NCBI GenBank assembly: GCA_951406725.2
Contig: OX597839.1
Span: 2,046,001 to 2,110,000, forward strand
Direction of reading: 5' to 3'
Length of the DNA: 64,000 bases
Source: Octopus vulgaris
Taxonomy: Eukaryota
Both the position numbers and the translations under genes were made by a program. Of this stretch, positions 56,716 to 64,000 are shown piece after piece; positions within the stretch are counted from its first letter, which is position 1, and each line of letters starts with the position of its first letter. The notes beneath the pieces are model-generated. The model was not told where the DNA came from. It saw nothing but the letters and a program-made list of their open reading frames with translations, and did not search any database.

Positions 56716-58736
56716 CATACATACGCCAGCCTCGTCTGGCACCTGTGTCAGTGGCACGTAAAAAGCACCCACTACACTCACGGAAAGGCATCCAGCTGTA
56801 GAAACACTGCCAGATCTGACTGGGCCTGGTGCAGCCTTCGGGCTTCCCAGACTCCAGTTGAACCGTCCAACCCATGCTAGCATAGAAAGTGGACGTTAAA
56901 CGATGATGATGATGATGATGATATGTATATATATATATGTATGTATATAAACATCCCATCACCTTTTCTCATTCTTTTAGTTTATTAAAAAATTTTTTTT
57001 TCGTCTGATGAAGAATTAGCATCTGAAATATCAACAAGATTCTCTTTTTAACCCCTTGCAGACGGATTTAGTACTGACAGTCTGTGCTGTGTCCTGGTAT
57101 TTAGCCGTTCAGTAACTACATAATTTTTCATACGAGGAATTTTACAGAGTACTTACAGATTCTTCTCAGTGTGGCATATTTGAAAATACCGGTGCCGCAC
57201 AGAGAGAGACATAGAACTGTTCACACACCATCAGTACTGCTTCTCGTCTGCATATGGGCTAAGTGTTATACTTATAAAACATTTGTTAAAACTTATCAGC
57301 TAATGACGAGAGTGGGAAAACCAGTTGTTAGTTAATAAAACACATTTTGAATGAACGCTAAGGGGTTGTGGAAAAATTTCTTTCAAAATAGGGGTCCCAT
57401 TGCGCTTACAACAAGTTGCCGTGTACGTTTGTAATTCTGATATATGCTTTGACGAAGGTTTTGTTGTTAAACATTATCCACCTAAAATCCATGGCTGTGG
57501 CCTTCTTTCTATCGAATATATTAAATAAAATACGACAGATTGCTTCTAACGATCGACCGAAATTCTTATATTTTGTAGTCCCAAACATGAATACATTAAG
57601 CGGAGAATGCAAATAAATATTCCTTAGCAAGTAACTGCATAACTGGAACAAGGGAAATAACTCAAGAATTAAAACTCTTCAAGGGAAGCAACTAGGCAAG
57701 ACCTGGGTTGTTAAATTATTTATTTAATTTTTTATTGCCCACAAGGGGCTAAACATAGAGGGGACAAACAGGGACAGACAAATAGATTAAGTCGATTACA
57801 TCAACTCCTGTGCGTAACTGGTACTCAGTTTATCGACCCCGATGTGTGTGTGTGTGTGTGCTTCAGTCATATGACTGCAGCCATGCTGGGGCACCACCTT
57901 GAACGGTTTTAGGTGAAAAAATTTACCCCCACCCCCTGGGCTTATTTCTTAAGCCTAGTACTTACACTATCATACTCTTTTGCCAAACAGCTAAGCTACA
58001 GGAACATAAACACACCAACACCGGTTGTCAAGTGGTAAAGGGGGTACAAACACAGACACAAAGACACACACACACATATATATACGATGGGCTTCTTTCA
58101 GTTTTCGTCAACCAAATCCACTCACAAGGTTTTGGTCAGCCTGGTGCTATAGTAAAAGACACCTGCCCAAAGTGCCATGCAGTGGCACTGAAACTGGAAC
58201 CATGTGGTGGAGAAGCTCTGTGTATGTGTGTGTGTGTGTGTGCGTGTGTGTATACATGTATATGTATATATATGTTTTTGTGCATGTTTGTGTGTGTGTT
58301 GATATATATATATGTGTACACATACATATACACACATCTATACATATACATACATAAATATACATACACACACTCACATACACACACATGGAGGAAATTG
58401 GCTGCATGAGTTCATAGGAAGGAAATACTATCCTTTATTTATATATATATATATATATATCATCATCATCATCATTTAGCGTCCGCTTTCCATGCTAGCA
58501 TGGGTTGGACGGTTCAACTGGGGTCTGTGAAGCCAGAAGGCTGCATCAAGCCCAGTCTGATCTGGCAGTGTTTCTACGGCTGGATGCCCTTCCTAACGCC
58601 AACTACTCCATGAGTGTAGTGGGTGCTTTATATATATATAGTTAATCCAAACAAGAAAGCACAAAAAAACAACAACACGAGGACGTGGAACAAATATAGT
58701 ATTATTGGACGCTCAGGAAAGAAGGAAAGAAGGAGG

Positions 58737-58771
58737 GTTTAACGTTTCGAGCGGAGCTCTTCGTCGGAAAC
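58737..58771 (-). ncRNA. Minimal hammerhead motif, CCGACGA core variant
   Basis: Reverse complement identical to 39089-39123. Confidence 0.55.
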
Positions 58772-59405
58772 ATAGGAGAAGGAAAGATCCAGAGAAGGGA
58801 AGACAGAGGAAAAAAAATCGCCAACATATATATATATATATGAAATTAGAAAAAAACACCTTTTATCAATTCGAAATTAACAATTAAATTACACCATCTA
58901 GAAAATTACATATGATAGAAATATTAAAATTAAAATAACAATAAAATGTAAAGATTAAGTAAATTGCAAAAATAATAATAAAATAAAATAATATATATAG
59001 ACATAGATATAGAGAGAGAGGTGGGTAGAGGGCAGGAGAGGTACAGAAAGCAGAGAATGAGAGGAATAAGGATAGGTGAGGGGTGACAGTGGCCAGTATG
59101 AAATGCTGTTCAATAACAGTAAGGGATAATATCAAGAAAGCCATGTGCGTAATATGAGGTGGGTCCAGGGAATGAGGAACTGGGAGTACAAAAGTGTAAG
59201 GGGGATGGAATATGTGTATCCCTGTTCTCATATAGTTATTCTAATTGCAGCAGCTGAGGTAGTAATGTAGTTAGGAGAGTGATGGAGTGATGAGTGTTGG
59301 AAATCCCTTACTAAGATATTAGTACACAAGAACTACTGAAAAATTCCATTATTATTTACTACTACTATATGTATCATCATCATCATCACCGTATTAAGAT
59401 TTATT

Positions 59406-59795
59406 GTGGAGGCGCAATGGCCCAGTGGTCAGGGCAGCGGTCTCGCGGTCATAGGATCGCGGTTTCAATTCCCAGACCGGGCGTTGTGAGTGTTTTTTGA
59501 GCGAAAACACCTAAAAGCTCCACGAGGCTCTGGCAGGGGATGGTGTTGATCCCTGCTGTACTTTTTCACCACAACTTTCTCTCACTCTTACTTCCTGTTT
59601 CTGTTGTACCTGTACTTCAAAGGGCCGGCCTTGTCACTCTCTGTGCCACGCTGAATATCCCCGAGAACTACGTTAAGGGTACACGTGTCTGTGGAGTGCT
59701 CAGCCACTTACACGTTAATTTCACGAGCAGGCTGTTCCGTTGATTCGGATCAACCGGAACCCTCGTCGTCGTAACTGACGGAGTGCTTCCATTCC
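59406..59795 (+). mobile_element. Full-length tRNA-derived SINE (family C, tail type 1)
   Basis: Pol III A/B-box head ggaggcgcaatggcccagtgg...ggtttcaattccc; 13-bp TSD attaagatttatt. Confidence 0.9.
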
Positions 59796-60690
59796 ATTAA
59801 GATTTATTAAAACTTTTCATCTCTTTCATAGATGAATAGCCTGTTGTTGTTGGGAAATTTCTACAATAGAATGTCCTATATAATTTTTTGTTTATTCCAT
59901 GTCATACCATGTCTTCCCCAAGAGAGAGGCCCCTTGATCAGGACAGATTTGTGCAATTTTTCGCAAAAAAATTCCTTGACATCCTTTTCCCTTTTTAAAT
60001 TATTTACATGTTTGTTTGACCATTTTCCATGACTTTATTCATTAAAACTTATTAAAACTTCAGAAGTTCTTACAACTTTAGTCATTGTAATACTTTGCTT
60101 TCATTTGTTTTATAAAAATTCCTCCTTGTAATGCTTTTGCTTTCATTTTGTGATAGACAGCTATCATGCAGAAAATGCCAGCTTGCAAATCCTGTTTTCT
60201 GATAAGGTAAAATTGATTAAACTTTAAACCCCAATATCAGGAAAGGAGAGCACACAAGAAAAGACAGAGAAACAGGGAGAGAGAACGAGAGACAGGGGCA
60301 GAGCAGGAGAGAGAGAATTTTTGTTTATTCCATATCAGACCATGCCTTCCCCAACAGATAGGCCTCTTGATCAGGACAATTCTTCACTATGATAATAATC
60401 AACCATCAATCATTTCATAGTCACACATCATCAATATTCTCATCCTTCCAACCATCTACCGATTCCACTTTGATATTACCTTACCAGTACAATCAATCAA
60501 TTTTATCATTCAACTGTATTATCTGCTGGTATTTGTAAACCTATCCCACATCACCATGTATTTCTAAATCTATTTGTAATTCAAACAGGAACTGAAAACA
60601 GGGAATGGGACAAGACATAAAAAAGTGTAATGGGAACAAGAACTGGAAATAATTCGTGCTTTTCTGGGTATTAGCAGGTAATTCAGCTGG

Positions 60691-60762
<72 letters not shown>

Positions 60763-60845
60763 ATAATAAATATTAGGGAATAAATCCAAACTTACAGGGA
60801 AAAATCAGATTTAGGATTGAATCCAATTTTATAGTAAAATATTAT

Positions 60846-61199
60846 ATTATATTAAATTAGAGACAAAACCACTATTAGGCATATCAAACAATGAAAAACT
60901 TAAGCCAATACATATGATTAATTTATATTATTTAAATATATAACAAAATTATTTAAAAAATATAATTAATATCACACTACGATCGTTTCATGCCTGCTAA
61001 CATCTTCAAATTTTTAAGTCGCAGTCATTCATCAGGTGGTTTAAATATCTAAAATATAATCAATATAATCGTAGTGTGATATTAATTATATTTTTTTTAA
61101 TAATTTTGTTATATATTTAAATAATATAAATTAATCATATGTATTGGCTTAAGTTTTTCATTGTTTGATATGCCTAATAGTGGTTTTGTCTCTAATTTA

Positions 61200-61207
<8 letters not shown>
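60846..61207. repeat. Inverted repeat (about 140-bp arms) around the hammerhead, Penelope-like
   Basis: 60846-60983 is nearly the reverse complement of 61068-61207; a related fragment lies at about 39300-39385. Confidence 0.85.
60975..61038 (-). ncRNA. Type I hammerhead ribozyme motif with long stem II
   Basis: cac-CTGATGA-atg.ctgc...gcag.cat-GAAA-cgatcg-TA-gtg; palindromic ACGATCGT stem III, GUA cleavage triplet. Confidence 0.7.
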
Positions 61208-61242
<35 letters not shown>

Positions 61243-61868
61243 CGGGAAGGATTATGAAAATAAACAAAGGACGAAGGCAGGTGGAGTACAAACAAACAAT
61301 GTATTAGTATGGCACTCAGGAATAGAAATAAAACAAGTCTTTTACGTTTCGAGCCTATGCTCTTTGACAGAAAGATACACAGAAAAGAAACAAGGAGAGA
61401 AACAAGTGCATATATGTATGTGTATATATATATATATAATAATAAATAAATACATATATATAATAATAAATAAATATATATATAATAATAAATAAATATA
61501 TAAAACATATGCACATATACATACATATATGTACATACCAACATCTATATGTATATATACATGCATATTTGGGTACAAGATATCAAAAAAACGTTGAACA
61601 CAATGAGAAACGAAAACATAAAAACAAAAACATGGAAACGAACTATGTTTTAAACAATGAAAGAACAGAATACAAGACATACAACACAAGGAATATTCCC
61701 CTTCTTCAGTTGCCCTTGTTTCAGCTACTCTGCGTTTTGAAGGTATATATATATATATATGCACATATATGTCTGTATGAATATACACAAAGAGTCTAAA
61801 AACTTTAGCCTCAGGTGTGGAAAAACAGAAGTGACCAAAATTCAGTTAAAATAAAGAATTGTTCTTAC

Positions 61869-61996
61869 TTTAGCGGCGATTTGTCCCTTGTGGTTAGCAT
61901 CAGCCATGACGTAGCTACAAGCTACGACATAGCTGAAACGGACAGCGTTCACATGGACCAAAGCTCGGAATGCCTCACCAACTTCGTTTGCATAAC
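61869..61996 (-). CDS. MTFP1: Mitochondrial fission process protein 1, internal exon (first exon not found, probably beyond the window)
   Basis: ttttcag|GT...AAA|gtaaga, 128 nt; GYANEVGEAFRALVHVNAVRFSYVVACSYVMADANHKGQIAAK; phase 0 join to the 55940 exon. Confidence 0.95.
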
Positions 61997-62802
61997 CTGA
62001 AAATCATTAACAAGAGAAGAAAAGATATTATAAAAAAATGTAGTAATAGGCGCAGGAGTGGCTGTGTGGTAAGTAGCTTGCTAACCAACCACATGGTTCC
62101 GGGTTCAGTCCCACTGCGTGGCATCTTGGGCAAGTGTATTCTGCTATAGCCCCGGGTCGACCAATGCCTTGTAAGTGGATTTGGTAGACGGAAACTGAAA
62201 GAAGCCTGTCGTATATATGTATATATATATGTGTGTATGTGTATGTGTTTGTGTTTGTTCCCCCAACATCGCTTGACAACTGATGCTGGTGTGTTTACGT
62301 CCCTGTCACTTAGCGGTTCGGCAAAAGAGACTGATAGAATAAGTACTGGGCTTTCAAAGAATAAGTTCCGGGGTCGAATTGCTCGATTAAAGGAGGTGCT
62401 CCAGCATGGCTGCAGTCAAATGACTGAAACAAGTAAAAGAGTAAAGAGTAAAGAGAGTGTCTTGTGTGTGTGTGTGTGTGCACATATGTATGTGAGTGTA
62501 TGCATCATTATATTGATACCATGGTTGTAAACGAGCATCATTGTTATACAAGTGGGGGTTGTTCATTTCCAGTCTTCTGTTAAAAATATGGGGAAATATA
62601 ACCATGCTTGGGAAAAGGCAAGGGTTAATGACTAGATGGACTAAACACTTCTGAGCATTTTGTCTGGCATACTAACAAGTCTGCGAGTTTACCACCTCAC
62701 TAATTGAACTAATTAATTAAGTGGTTGAGTAAAGTGCAAGCCGGGAGAGTCACTGGCATGCTGGGCAACATGCTTAGTAGCATTTCATTCATCTTTACAT
62801 CC

Positions 62803-63412
62803 TCACTGAGGCAATGACCAGCGACCGAGACCTTTGGAAATATGCTGTGCGTGAGAAGACCAGGCAGGACAAGTGAGTCCAGCCCACTTATGCATGTCTT
62901 TCCTCCCTTGGACACACAAAGACCTGTTGAGGCAAGCAAAGTCGAAATTGAACCTCATCCGACGACAGGCACCCATGCCAACCCCGCTTCTCTGCTTGCG
63001 AAGACCTGTTGGGGCAAGTGAAATCGAAATCGAAATCGAAATTGAACCAATCCTATGACTGGCACCCAGCAGTTGCCAGGACCCCTGGACTGGTGGTACG
63101 TAAAAAGCGCTATCCGAATCGTGGCCGATGCCAGCGTCGCCTCGACTGGCTGCCATGCCGGTGGCACATAAAATGCACCAATCCGATCGTGGCCGTTGCC
63201 AGCCTCGCCTGGCACCTGTGCAGGTGGCACGTAAAAAGCACCCACTACACTCACGGAGTGGTTGGCGTTAGGAAGGGCATCCAGCAGTAGAAACACTGCC
63301 AGATCAGACTGGAGCCTGGTGCAGCCTTCTGGCTTCCCAGATCCCCGGTCGAACTGTCCAACCCATGGAGAATGGAGAATGGACGTTAAACAATGATGAT
63401 GATAATGATGAT
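62803..63412 (+). mobile_element. RTE-like LINE 3' end
   Basis: LTEAMTSDRDLWKYAVREKTRQDK then the same UTR and GAT tail as 45148-45822. Confidence 0.8.
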
Positions 63413-63680
63413 CGTGAGTTCAAATTCTGTTGAGGTTGACTTAGCCTTTCATCCTTTCGGAGTTGATAAAGTAAGTACCAGTTGAACACTGGGATTGATG
63501 CAATCAACTAGCCCCACACCTCACAAAAGTTCATGAGGCTGGTTTCTCAGATTCTGTGGTATATGAAGGGTGGGCCAAAAGTCATGTACTAAGTTCAATA
63601 AAATAATGATGAATACAAATTTGTATATGAATAATGATAATAATAATAATAATAATAATAACAATAATAATAATAATAAC

Positions 63681-63731
<51 letters not shown>

Positions 63732-64000
63732 CCTTTCTACTAAAGACATAAGGCCTGAAATTTGGGGGGAGGGGAATGTCGATTATATTGATCCCAATAC
63801 ACAATGGTACTTATTTCATTGACCCTGAAAGGATGAAAAGTAAAATCGACTTCAGCGGAATTTGAACTCAGAACGTAAAGATAGAAGATATGCCACTAAA
63901 CATTTTGCTCAGCATGCTAATGATTCTGCCAGCTCGTTGCTTTATTGAACAATAATAATAATCCTTTCTACTATAAACACATGGCCTGAAATTTGGGGGC

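Noticed and set aside
57001-57036. CTGATGA-aga..tct-GAAA-tatc as an active hammerhead (likewise 12471 and 61700)
   Set aside because: Stem I or the GAAA box is not properly formed; at most decayed relics.

Overview
AT-rich, microsatellite- and retroposon-laden animal genomic DNA. The SINE families and repeat landscape suggest an octopus (inference). Two convergent spliced genes can be reconstructed by hand. (1) A + strand DEG/ENaC (ASIC-superfamily) channel: 9 phase-compatible GT-AG exons from 8247 to the stop at 41753, about 861 codons; the first exon with the HG motif was not found. One exon is a giant 1522 nt that places roughly 455 extra, sequon-rich, probably helical residues in the extracellular knuckle region. 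(2) The last two coding exons of MTFP1/MTP18 on the - strand (61996-61869, 55940-55617). The rest is tRNA-derived SINEs, RTE- and R4/Dong-like LINE remnants, maT/DD37D mariner relics, Helitron/hAT/piggyBac/MULE-like MITEs, fold-back palindromes and simple repeats. Most notable: the knuckle-insert channel; several type I hammerhead-ribozyme motifs in Penelope/retrozyme-like repeats, two with inversion junctions next to the predicted cleavage site; a near-perfect 174-bp-arm hairpin just after the channel stop codon; and a 24-bp minisatellite that grew inside a transposase gene. Nearly all ORFs in the supplied track are repeat artefacts.
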